Part shown: one piece after another, positions 10,701-19,594 of the stretch | Layout: each line of letters opens with the position of its first letter | How positions within the stretch are numbered: position 1 is the stretch's first letter | Origin: an uncultured delta proteobacterium | Lineage (GTDB): Bacteria; Myxococcota_A; UBA9160; UBA4427 | Reading direction: 5' to 3' | Assembly (NCBI GenBank): GCA_963822965.1 | Contig: CAWGJT010000014.1 | Location: forward strand, 32,001 to 96,000 | DNA length: 64,000 nucleotides | Translations under genes and position numbers: made by a program | The notes under the pieces: generated by a model | Told to the model about the DNA's origin: nothing | Database searches by the model: none | What the model saw: the letters and a program-made list of their open reading frames with translations, nothing else

Positions 10701-10975
10701 CCGACGCAGTGAGCCTGCCGTCGGACTACGTGCAGGTCTCGCCGCTCGTCGAGCCCTTCTGCTGGCTGCTGGACGACCCCGACCCGGTTTCCTTCCTGGA
10801 GGATCCGTTCGTCTCGCTGCTGAACCTGGGCGGAGGCGATCCGTGGCAGGGCTTCCGGCTGGTCTTCACCGACCGCTCGCCCTACCGGAACGGACAGCAG
10901 CTCCGTTACCACTTCGTCTTCTTCGTCGACGGGGAGATCGTGGGCTCTCGCACGTCGAACTGGGTGACGCCATGA
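7715..10975 (+). CDS. Secreted fibronectin type III-like, Cys-rich protein (about 1086 aa)
   Basis: ATG 1 nt after the upstream TGA; signal peptide MRRLAHLGIVLLLFAAPAAA|Q; FN3-like motifs GYDLYRS, YYLVARDVSGNYG, YWYRIASRDLAGNSSGLS; Ca-binding-like DSDGDGFDDADE. Confidence 0.8.
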   Translation: MRRLAHLGIVLLLFAAPAAAQNADQLYLVAFEAPVGSISSPGQGQTAVYVRWDTLEGELPGDLVEFELFRDATSLGTFAANGSLSDPEIAGLYAGPENQRRLLEMVRWLDEEDPQVSVQAGNLPQVLRQRVLQVPPRAALASRVDFNIARARLRGYLDTALASGTYTYQLRGHFSGAQDVLLGQASVTVVGTPDVAPAAESLAQVSMYRCDAPERSKGHGTVALDWKTAGASIADEFANAIAIAGYDLYRSSENVGSAPPRDLRAEAAVAMHDAGGQVSLAGLEKVNDQPILIGGKAQKEALYQGFNPDFSQFFETQDELAAAGVQPGDTRAYYLVARDVSGNYGDTAELLVTVTDSEAPAQPWHLRGYPRQFEGQYALEWPQVEARSYYRRNLAGRTYCNLDTARLDGFLEFVPEGQNCEDALHLHVDTAAHEYAVYRFDNAEQARRFTDSDGDGFDDADERPSIEDPGTACDPTLPDPQTSPLTNYRVGLVPAANATPAADGQAFLEFIDPVPAQNVGEGYWYRIASRDLAGNSSGLSEVLPALVPDRTLPDRDDELGGLTFGRRICAHGVNPRSVPADDVAFDLTSPGVAHTLRISCPNSGSSQAPPTLFLPFEERISGERTARLSSADCQDLVDPESGCEGRPTDFDYLGRTGSLLATYSLSSFPDQCPITGSELFEECDRPIIVPIDDGEVIPPEEGPWLDPAPGPNCIGVFRRVDGRALRLTTMCPGDPPPQLANLPDLGGDLICLSLASYNENARSSPMLNLPCFRRPGTPTPPTPVAIDFQAGQSQATVSLLQAERPTIGALIEWEKTGDPQSRRVAFVPRAAGPDTDTADQIPVEITPEPPGPSWQEEWCFRGISIGGLLLGDPNSGFSEWSETVCGDRQPASAPAVESLGWPQVPIPPEDAPLAARFLAPDDIPMVLLSDDLAPTGCVPTGLASCDPGSATPGATCVGEPGDPSWQPVSAACDMCSAIYSKLTVPVSFVAYRQSRPDAVSLPSDYVQVSPLVEPFCWLLDDPDPVSFLEDPFVSLLNLGGGDPWQGFRLVFTDRSPYRNGQQLRYHFVFFVDGEIVGSRTSNWVTP

Positions 10976-13900
10976 GGTGGATGACACTGACCTTGCTGGT
11001 GTTGCTGGCGCCCCTGCCCGCCGCGGCGCAGAGCCCGACGGCACAGGGCACCGCGTCGAACGTGTGGGTGCTGGACGCGAACGGCCAGACCGCGGCCAGC
11101 TACAACGTGGCGCCAGGCGCCTGGACCGAGCAGGCGACCCCGAGCGGCATGCAGACGCTGGTGGACCACACGCTGGGCAGCTCGTTGGTGGGCTTCGACC
11201 CCGCCGACTTCGGCGCCGTGCTGGTGAACCAGACCGAGGCGAGCCTGCCGCCGTTCTCGCCGGGGGTGCCCCGCGTATCGCTGGTGGGCCTCGGGGGTGC
11301 CTTGGGCAACCCGGCCCAGCCGGACCTGCCGAGCGTCGACGTCTCGCCCGCCGCCGGCACGTACAGCCAGACGGTCGAGGTCTTGATGAAGGCCCTGCCC
11401 GCGGCCGGCATCCCGCACCCCGACACCCTCACCCTGCTCTGGGACGTGGACGGCGGCCCCCAGCAGTCGGCCTCGCTGCCTCCCGAGTCGCGGGTCTATC
11501 TGGTGGCGGACGGCGCCCACACGATCCACGCCCAGGCCCACGCGACCGTCGGGGTCACCGACTACTTCTCGCCGATCGTGACCTTGCCGATCATCCTGAG
11601 CGGCGCCGGCTCGATCACGCGCGACACCGACGGCGACGGCGTGCCGGACGTCTTCGAGGCGGCGCACGGCCTGAACCCGCTCACCTCGGATTTCGACCTC
11701 GACAGCGACGGCGACGGCTGGTCCGACTTCGAGGAGGCGATCCGCGGCACCGACCCCCACGATCCCCTCGACATGCCGGTGGACACGGACGGCGACGGCT
11801 GGTCGGACTTCGACGAGAACGTGCGCGGCACCGATCCGAACGACCCGGCGATCCTCGCGAATCCGAACGATCCCCAGCGATTCTTCCCCAGCCGGCCCGT
11901 CGCGCGACGCCTGCGCGAGGTGGAGTACCTCTGGACGGGCGCGTTCTACGAGGACGACGCCAAGACCCAGCAGGCCCTGCCGCTCGCCGCCCTGAGCGTT
12001 CTCGGACCCGGCTGGGTGGTGCTCTTCGACCAGGACGCGATTCCCACCGCCGCCGAGCTCGCGGACGTGGGTCTGCTGGAGGGCGACCTGCCCCCGTGGC
12101 TCCGGGAGAGCGAGATCGCCACACCGCTGTCGGCGGGAGACGTGCCGCCGATCCGCACGCCCGGCGGCGAGCCCAACCTGATCCAGGCCGGGCGTGTCGA
12201 CGGCCAGGGGAGCCTCGACGGTTGGGTCGCCAAGGCCTGGGTCGATGCGGAGCCCGACCTCGTCCCGGCGGCGGTGATCGACTGGCTGAGCGCCCAATCC
12301 ATGACCTTCACGACCGCGACCGAGTGGGAGAACGCGTACGTCGGCTACCTGATGGACAAGTCGGTGCAGGCCCGCTCCGTCGATGTCACCCCGTCGACCA
12401 CGGCCTCCCTGGCGCTGGTCGAGAGCGTGGTGGCCTGGTACGCGCAGGTTCCCCCGGAGTCGCTGCTGCTGCTCGGGGATCCGCTCTCGGGGCCGCAGCC
12501 CGGTCACGCGGTCGAGGTGCTCGGGGACGCGCTCGCGACCGAGAACGAGAACGGCGGCCGCAGCCTCGACGACCTCCACGCGGAGCTGGCCGCACAGCTG
12601 GGTCTCGCGGGAGTCTTCGAGAGCTTCGGCGCGGCGGTCTCCGGGATCTTCGCGGGCTTCGACCCGTTGCTCGTGCCTGCGGGCACGTCCACCACCGAGC
12701 TCGTCGCCTCGCTGTTGCAGGGCGACCCGGTCGACGACGATGCGCTGGCCCGCTACCACGCCCGCCTCTACTCCGAGATGTCGCAGGCCGAGCTCGACGC
12801 GCTCGACCCCGCGGCGCGGACGGAGCTGCTCGATCCGAACGGAGACTCGGACGGCGACGGGATTCCGAACGACGTCGAGCTCACCCCCCCGCCCAAGGCG
12901 GCCTCGGACCCGAACGCCACGAACAGCGACGGCGATCTCTACAGCGACGACGTCGATCCCTGTCCCGACGAGGCCGACAACAAGTGCCTGATGCTCCCGC
13001 CCCAGACGGTGGACAGCGACGGGGACGGCATCGTGGATTCGCTGGACAACTGCCTGGCCGACGCGAACCCGGCCCAGGAGGACGCGCTCGGAACCGGCGT
13101 GGGCGACGCCTGCCGCAAGCTCGCCAACATCGAGCAGCCCGTGTACCACCCGACGATCCTGATCGGCACGCCCCTCGCGTTCACCAGCACCGCCCAGGAC
13201 CCCGGCGCGGTTCCGCCCCTCGTCTTCGATTGGGACTTCGGCGACGGCCAGACGAGCACGGACCCGCAGCCCGGCGCCATCGTCTACACCGCGCCCGGCG
13301 TCTACGTCGTGACGCTCACCGTCGAGGACGCCAACCTGTCCCAGTCCGTCGACACGCGCACCGTCACCGTGGTGGGCAACGCGCCCGGAGTGGACGCCGG
13401 CGGTCCCTACCTGGGACTGGAAGGGCAGCCGCTGCAGCTCACGGCCACGGGCTCGTCCACCAACGGCGGCATCGTCGGCTTCGACTGGGACTTCGACGAC
13501 CTGACCCAGGGCTCGGGCAACCCGGTCGTGCACGTCTATGCGCAGGACGGCGTCTTCGCGGCCAGCGTGACCGCCACCGACGGGATCGGCCTCCAGGCGA
13601 CGGACCCCGCGACCGTGACGGTCCAGGACTCGGTGCCGCAGGTGTCCTTCGACGCGGAGCCGGCCAATGGCCCCGCGTCGCTCGAGATCCTGTTCACCGA
13701 CACCTCGTCGGCCTACGACGGGATCGCGCTCCGCGAGTGGGACTTCGGCGACGCATCGCCCTTGGCGAGCGGCCCGGCCCCGTCGCACACCTACGCGCAG
13801 CCGGGCCTCTACGACGTCTCGCTGACCGTCACGGACGGGGACGGCTCCATCGCCGCCAGCACCGCGCCGGTCCAGGTGGGCAGCCCGGCTTCGGTCCCGG

Positions 13901-14013
13901 CGTTGTCGCCGCTCCTCCGTCTGGGTCTGGTCCTCGTGCTGGTCGCAGCGACGCGACTCGGGCTGCGCCCGGGTCGCGGCTCGCGGGGCGGCCCGCCGAG
14001 CGCGCGCCCCTGA
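10972..14013 (+). CDS. Surface protein with CHB_HEX_C/Fn3-associated-like motif, TSP3-like Ca-binding repeats, three PKD domains and an IPTL-CTERM-like sorting signal
   Basis: ATGA overlap; signal MRWMTLTLLVLLAPLPAAA|Q; VSPAAGTYS; several D[ST]DGDG repeats; DNC...NPAQED..GVGDAC; WDFGDG, WDFDD and WDFGD PKD motifs; C-terminal VPALS + hydrophobic helix + Arg-rich tail. Confidence 0.85.
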   Translation: MRWMTLTLLVLLAPLPAAAQSPTAQGTASNVWVLDANGQTAASYNVAPGAWTEQATPSGMQTLVDHTLGSSLVGFDPADFGAVLVNQTEASLPPFSPGVPRVSLVGLGGALGNPAQPDLPSVDVSPAAGTYSQTVEVLMKALPAAGIPHPDTLTLLWDVDGGPQQSASLPPESRVYLVADGAHTIHAQAHATVGVTDYFSPIVTLPIILSGAGSITRDTDGDGVPDVFEAAHGLNPLTSDFDLDSDGDGWSDFEEAIRGTDPHDPLDMPVDTDGDGWSDFDENVRGTDPNDPAILANPNDPQRFFPSRPVARRLREVEYLWTGAFYEDDAKTQQALPLAALSVLGPGWVVLFDQDAIPTAAELADVGLLEGDLPPWLRESEIATPLSAGDVPPIRTPGGEPNLIQAGRVDGQGSLDGWVAKAWVDAEPDLVPAAVIDWLSAQSMTFTTATEWENAYVGYLMDKSVQARSVDVTPSTTASLALVESVVAWYAQVPPESLLLLGDPLSGPQPGHAVEVLGDALATENENGGRSLDDLHAELAAQLGLAGVFESFGAAVSGIFAGFDPLLVPAGTSTTELVASLLQGDPVDDDALARYHARLYSEMSQAELDALDPAARTELLDPNGDSDGDGIPNDVELTPPPKAASDPNATNSDGDLYSDDVDPCPDEADNKCLMLPPQTVDSDGDGIVDSLDNCLADANPAQEDALGTGVGDACRKLANIEQPVYHPTILIGTPLAFTSTAQDPGAVPPLVFDWDFGDGQTSTDPQPGAIVYTAPGVYVVTLTVEDANLSQSVDTRTVTVVGNAPGVDAGGPYLGLEGQPLQLTATGSSTNGGIVGFDWDFDDLTQGSGNPVVHVYAQDGVFAASVTATDGIGLQATDPATVTVQDSVPQVSFDAEPANGPASLEILFTDTSSAYDGIALREWDFGDASPLASGPAPSHTYAQPGLYDVSLTVTDGDGSIAASTAPVQVGSPASVPALSPLLRLGLVLVLVAATRLGLRPGRGSRGGPPSARP

Positions 14014-14175
14014 CGGCGGCGCCCGGAGCTGGCGGCCGCCAGCGGCGTGCCGGCCTCCGAGATGGCGACGCGGGCCGGTGCGGTTCGCGAGCCGACCGGG
14101 GAAGGTGGCCTGCGAAGCTGCCTGTCCGGCTCCGATCCCCGCCGGTGGCTCCACGGGACCGCTAGAATCCCGGGC

Positions 14176-15600
14176 ATGGCTCTCCACGCGAAGCTCACTC
14201 GGGAGATCCGCAACGGGCGGGCCGGCCCGAAGATCGCCGCCTTCTTCGACCTCGACCAGACGCTGCTGGCGGGCTTCTCGGCCGTGGCCTTCTTCCGGGA
14301 GCGCCTGCTCTCCGGCCGCATGTCGCCGCGCGAGCTGGGCGAGTCGGTGCTGGGGGCGCTCAGCTTCGAGCTGGGGCGCACGGGGTTCTCCGGCTTCGTG
14401 GCCGCGGCCACCGAGGCCTACCGCGGCGTCGCCGAGTCGGTCCTCGAGGAGATCGGCAGGGAGGTGTTCGAGCGCGACCTCGTCAAGGAGATCTACCCCG
14501 AGGCGCGCGCGCTGGTCAAGGCCCACCGCGACATGGGGCACACCGTCGCGGTGGTGACGTCCGCCACGCGCTACCAGGCCGAGCCCATCGCCCACGAGCT
14601 CCACATCGAGCACGTGCTGTGCACGCGCCTCGAGGTGCAGAACGGCGTCTTCACCGGCCGCATCATCCACCCCACCTGCTACGGCGAGGGCAAGGCCGAC
14701 CTCGCGCTGCGCCTGGCGGCCGAGCACGACCTCGACCTCGCGGCCAGCTACTTCTACACCGACAGCGACGAGGATCTGCCGCTGCTCGAGCTCGTGGGCC
14801 GTCCGCGCCCCCTCAACCCGAACCGCCGTCTCTCCCAGATCGCGAGGCAGCGGAAGTGGCCCGTCCGGCGCTTCCACAGCCGGGGCGCACCCGGACGCGG
14901 GAGACGTGGTGCGCAGCGCTGCTCGCCTACGGGAGCGTCGTGCCCTCGCTCTGGGCCGGGCTCGCCGCGGGGGTCGTCAACGCGTCGCGGCGCGAGGGCG
15001 TGAACGTGCTGGCGTCGATCTGGGGTGACCTCGCCATCTCGCTGGCGGGCGTCCAGCTGCACGTGATCGGCGAGGAGAACCTGTGGTCCAGCCGTCCCGC
15101 GGTCTTCCTCTTCAACCACCAGAGCGGCCTCGACGCGCTGCTGATGATCAAGCTGCTGCGCCGCGACATGACGGGGGTCGCCAAGCAGGAGCTCCGTTGG
15201 AACCCGCTCTTCGGTCCGGTCTTCCAGCTCGGCGGCATGGTCTTCATCGATCGGTCGGACACGAAGCGCGCCATCGAGGCGCTCGAGCCCGCCGTCGAGG
15301 CCTTGAAGCAGGGCCTCTCCCTGGCGATCGCGCCGGAGGGCACGCGTTCGGAGAGCGGCCACCTGGGCGGCTTCAAGAAGGGGGCCTTCCACATCGCCAT
15401 GCAGGCGGGCGTGCCCATCGTCCCGATCGTCTTCCGCAACACCATCGACGCCCTGCCCAAGGGCGCCGTGATCGTGCGCCCGGCCACGGTCGAGGCCGTG
15501 GTCCTCCCGCCGATCGATACCAGCGGCTGGACCCGCGAGGGGCTCGACGCCGAGATCGCCGCGGTGCGGGATCGGTACCTGCGAAGTCCTCGACGAGTAG
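14176..15600 (+). CDS. HAD-IB phosphatase / 1-acylglycerol-3-phosphate acyltransferase fusion (PlsC-like); frameshifts near 14895 and 15580
   Basis: AFFDLDQTLL, YTDSDEDLPLL (HAD-IB); NHQSGLD and APEGTRS, FKKGAFHIA (LPLAT motifs) in the next frame; YLEVLDE-TAG recoverable at 15600. Confidence 0.85.
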
Positions 15601-15631
15601 CCGGCGGGCCGGTGACGGACCCCGCGATCGG

Positions 15632-16243
15632 CTACTTCGTGGAACCCGCCGCCTGGGCGCGCGCCAGCGAGGGCCGCGACGTGCAGCGGCCGAGCCAGGT
15701 CGCCACCTTCGGCCAGCCCGAGACGTCGAAGCCCACCATGCGGGCCATCGACAGGACGGAGGCCACGTTCAGGTCGGCGATCGAGAACGGTCCGTCCAGG
15801 AGGTACTCCCGGTCGGCCAGGTGCGACTCGAGCACGTCGAGGGGGCGGGCGATGTCCCGCGCGGCGGCGTCGGCGACGGCGGCCTTGCGCTTCTCTTCGG
15901 GCAGCATGATGCGGTGCAGCAGGATCGCCATCAGGTGGGGCTCGAGCTCGGTCATGCCCCAGAAGCTCCACTGGATCGCCCGGGCCTGGTCGGCCTCGCC
16001 CTTGGGCCACAGGTCGCCGCCGTACTTCTTCGCGAGGTAGAGGTTGATGGCCATCGACTCGAAGAGCACGAGATCGCCGTCCACCAGGGTGGGGATGCGG
16101 CCGTTCGGGTTCAGGACCAGGTAGTCGGGCTTCTTGGAGTCGCCCAGGAAGTGCGTGGGAACGAGCTCGTAGTCGACGCCGACCTCTTCGATCGCCCAGA
16201 TGGAGCGCAGCGCGCGGGACCCGGGAATTCCATAGAGCTTCAT
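15632..16243 (-). CDS. Glutathione S-transferase family protein
   Basis: LNPNGRIPTLVDGDLVLFESMAINLYLA; YLLDGPFSIADL. Confidence 0.95.
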   Translation of the reverse strand: MKLYGIPGSRALRSIWAIEEVGVDYELVPTHFLGDSKKPDYLVLNPNGRIPTLVDGDLVLFESMAINLYLAKKYGGDLWPKGEADQARAIQWSFWGMTELEPHLMAILLHRIMLPEEKRKAAVADAAARDIARPLDVLESHLADREYLLDGPFSIADLNVASVLSMARMVGFDVSGWPKVATWLGRCTSRPSLARAQAAGSTK

Positions 16244-16381
16244 GGCGAATCGTCCTCGAGGTTGGAGCTTCCACTATACCGGGCAGGATCGGATCCGAGC
16301 CACCGCCGCTTGCGCGGGCCGCGATCGTCGCCTAGACAGCCTTCGCTCCCCCGCTTCCGCGAGCCCGATTCGAGCGTGCCG

Positions 16382-16790
16382 ATGGCCTCCGATCCAGAGA
16401 GCTCCCAAAGCCCCGGCCTCCGAAGCGGCGCCCAGCGGGTGCGCTCGTGCTCGGCTGCGGTCCTGCTCCTCGCTGCACTCCTGCCGCTCGTCTCCTGCAG
16501 CGAATCGGACGAGCCTCGGCCCGACATCCTGTTCGTGATCCTCGATACCGTGCGAGCCGATCGCGTGTCGAGCTACGGCTACTCGCGGCCGACGACGCCG
16601 CAGCTCGATGCCGTCGCGGACGCCGGCGTGCTCTTCGAAGACGTCACGGCATCCGCTCCGTGGACCTGGCCCAGCCACGCTTCGATCTTCACCGGGGCTC
16701 CGCCCTGGCTACACGGAGCGCATCTCGCGGCCGTGAGCTCGGCGGGGGAAGCCGTGGCGCCCCCGGGAGGCGGGACGCTGGGGCGTCAGG
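16382..16790 (+). pseudogene. Truncated sulfatase-like (alkaline phosphatase superfamily) lipoprotein, N-terminal fragment
   Basis: Lipobox-like LVSC; PDILFVILDTVRADRVSSYGY.RPTTP.LD, PWTWPSHASIFTG..P..HG; similarity stops about 16740 where it runs into the convergent fucosidase. Confidence 0.65.
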
Positions 16791-18274
16791 CGGCGTGCTC
16801 TCCGGGCGGTAGCGGTGAGATGCGCAGGGCATGGGCCGGCGCATGGGGGAGCGCCGGCAGCTCGATGCGCAGGGCGTCGCCCTGCACCCGGGCCTCGAGC
16901 GGCCGATCCCCCGCCACGAGCGTCACCCGGGTGTCGGGCCCGGGGGCGAGACGCGGCAGCACGATTCCGCCCGCGGCGGGCGTCGCGAACAGGATGGCGT
17001 AGAGGCAGTCGCGGCCCCGGTCGTCACGCCCGCGCGTGTAGCGAACGGCCGTGCCGTCCGAGGCCTCGTCCGCCGGGCGGGTCCACGGCCGGGTGGCCCG
17101 GATCGCCTCGGCGTTCGCTTCGAGCCAGGCGCCCAGGGCCTCGAGCCGTCGCACCTGGGGCTCCGGGATGCCGGCGTCCTCGCCCCGGGGCCCGACGTTG
17201 AGCAGCAGGTTGCCGTTCTTCGAGACCGTGTCCACGAAGCTTCGCACCAGCTCGTCCGGCTTCTCGTAGTCCTCCTCCCGGTCGTTGCGGTTGTAGCCGA
17301 ACGAGGCGCTCATGCCCCGGGTCGCCTCCCACTTCTCGGGCGTGATGCGGTCGAAGCTCGTGTACTCGGGGGTACGGAAGTCGTAGTGGGCCGGTTTCGG
17401 CGGCACGAGTCCCTTGCTCGCCTCGCCCCGGGCGGCGGCCTTGCGGGTGGCGCGCTTCAGCAGGGCATCGACGACGCGCTGCACGGGACGCAGGCCGATC
17501 AGCCGCATGGCGAGGTTGCGGTGCATCCAGCGGTCGTTGACGACGCCCTCGGGTACGGCCCGGTAGTAGTCCGTGAAGAGCCGTACCAGGGTGTCCAGGT
17601 CCGTCGGCCAGGAGATGTCGTTCCACAGCACGCTGGGCTGGTAGCGCTCGACCAGCTCACGCACCTGGGCCTCGGCGTAGGCGGGGTAGGCGCCCGTGGG
17701 CGTGGAGCCGACGAACTCGCCCAGGGTGCGCACGGGGCGCGGGTTCCACGACCAGTCGATGCCTCCCGAGTAGTAGACGCCGAAGCGCAGGCCCTCGGCG
17801 CGCACCGCCGCGGCCAGCTCGCCCACCACGTCGCGCTCGCTCGCCCAGCCCGCGCGCTTCGGATTCGGGACACGGCTCGGCCACAGGCAGTAGCCGTCGT
17901 GGTGCTTGGTGACGAGCACCACGTAGCCGGCCCCCGCCCTTCGAAAGAGCCGCGCCCACTCGTCCGGTCGCCACTGCGCGAGCCCGCGCGCGAAGGGCTC
18001 GCGGAAGTCCGCGTAGGGCGCGCCCTCCGTAGTGCTCGGCGTGGAACGCCGCCGACGGGCTCTCGGGCACGCGGATCGCGTTGTCGTACCACTCGGTGTA
18101 CGGCGTCATCACGGCGCCGAGGTCGTAGTGCTGGGAGAACGCGTCGGAGACGTGCCCGAGGCGCGCCGCGAAGCCGGGCACCGAGAAGAGTCCCCAGTGG
18201 ATGAAGATCCCGAGCTTCGCGTCCTCGAACCAGGCCGGAACGCGATGGGCGCGCAGAGCGGCGAGATCGCTCAT
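16786..18274 (-). CDS. Alpha-L-fucosidase (GH29); frameshifts near 18025 and 17935
   Basis: VPAWFEDAKLGIFIHWGLFSVP; TKHHDGYCLWPS; FGVYYS; LWNDI; SFGYN; DTVSKNGNLLLNVGP. Confidence 0.9.
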
Positions 18275-18275
18275 C

Positions 18276-19574
18276 TCAGCCGACCGTCACGTCGTCTTCT
18301 CCGCGCAGCAGGGCCTCGCGGACGGCGGGATGAGCGATGTCCGCCAGGGCGTGGGCGCGCTCCTCGACGGTGCGGCCGCGCAGGTCGGCGGCACCGTACT
18401 CGGTGACGACGAGATCGAGCTGGTGCCGGGGCGTGGTCACGATGGATCCGCGCGGCAGCCGCGCCTGGATGCGGGAGAGGATCCGGCCGCCCACCTTCAC
18501 GGTGGCGGGCAGGCACACGAGCGAGCGGTCGTCCGGCTGCAGGGACGCGCCGCCCACGAAGTCCTCGTGACCGCCGATGCCCGAGTGCTGGCGTCCGTCG
18601 ATGGTGTCGGCCACGACCTGGCCGTGGAGATCGACCTGCAGGGCCCCGTTGATGGCGATCATGTGGTTGTTGCGCGCGATCACCGTCGGGTCGTTGACGA
18701 CTCCCACGGGCAGGAAGCGCACGTCCTGGTGTGCGTCGAGCCACTCGTGCAGCTCGCGCGTCCCGAGCGCGAAGGTGCAGACCGAGAAGCCCTCGTAGAT
18801 GCCCTTGCGCCGGTTCGTCACCTTGCCGGCCTGGTGGAGGCGCATGAGCCCGGTCGTGAACATCTCGCTGTGAACGCCGTAGTCGCCCCCGGGACCCTCG
18901 GCGAGCAGGCTCGCCACCGCGTTCGGGATGCCGCCGATGCCCGTCTGCAGGGTGGCGCCGTCCGGGATGAAGCGCATGACGTGCTGGGCGATGGCGCGGT
19001 CGACGTCGCTGGGCGGCTCGTCTTCCAGGGTGGGAACCGGGTGGTCGGACTCCACCAGCACGTCGATCTCGTCGGGCCCCAGGTCGTGGGTGTGTTCGGG
19101 CGGCAGCCCGCGGGTGCGCGGGAGGCCGGGGTTCACCTCGGCGATGAGCACGCGGTCGGGATCGCGACCGCAGCGGCGCAGCGCCTCCACGGTCGAGCCG
19201 GCGTGCAGGGACAGGCTGAAGCGGCCGTCCGGGCCGGCGGGTGCGACCGCCGTCGCCATCACCCGGGGTGCGAGCTTTTCGATCACGCTCTCGAAGCGCC
19301 GGAAGTCGCCGGGCACGAAGCGCACGTCGTGCCCGGCCGCGACGAGCGCCCGCTCCGCCGGCCCCAGGAAGCCCGAGAGCAGGCGCACGCCCTTCTTCGC
19401 GAACAGCGGGTAGAGATCGAGCAGCAGCGCCCCGAAGACGTGAAGGTCCTCGTAGTCGTCGCGATCCGAGAGCGCGTGCAGCAGACCGGGCGGCTGGCCG
19501 GGCGCGAGCGGCACCGCCAGGGTGTCCACCGGCCGGATGCGGGCTGCCGCCTCGGCGAGGGAGAGTCGCAGCAT
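18276..19574 (-). CDS. Acetyl-CoA hydrolase / 4-hydroxybutyrate CoA-transferase family protein
   Basis: IPDGATLQTGIGGIPNAV; GVHSEMF; SGIGGHEDF; VVTEYGAADLRG...ERA..L..IAHP. Confidence 0.92.
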   Translation of the reverse strand: MLRLSLAEAAARIRPVDTLAVPLAPGQPPGLLHALSDRDDYEDLHVFGALLLDLYPLFAKKGVRLLSGFLGPAERALVAAGHDVRFVPGDFRRFESVIEKLAPRVMATAVAPAGPDGRFSLSLHAGSTVEALRRCGRDPDRVLIAEVNPGLPRTRGLPPEHTHDLGPDEIDVLVESDHPVPTLEDEPPSDVDRAIAQHVMRFIPDGATLQTGIGGIPNAVASLLAEGPGGDYGVHSEMFTTGLMRLHQAGKVTNRRKGIYEGFSVCTFALGTRELHEWLDAHQDVRFLPVGVVNDPTVIARNNHMIAINGALQVDLHGQVVADTIDGRQHSGIGGHEDFVGGASLQPDDRSLVCLPATVKVGGRILSRIQARLPRGSIVTTPRHQLDLVVTEYGAADLRGRTVEERAHALADIAHPAVREALLRGEDDVTVG

Positions 19575-19594
19575 TCAGCCTCGGGCTCCGCTCG

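Noticed and set aside
9727..10971. N-terminal 415 aa of the 1428-aa ORF
   Set aside because: Off-frame overlap with gene 2; the true start is the ATG at 10972, followed by a signal peptide.
2644..14877. Very long minus-strand and alternate-frame ORFs (2644-4941, 5338-7710, 7697-11044, 10906-14877, 10977-14165)
   Set aside because: Shadow ORFs of GC3-biased real genes; Arg/Gly/Ala-rich with no motifs or RBS. The same applies to most other overlapping ORFs in the track.
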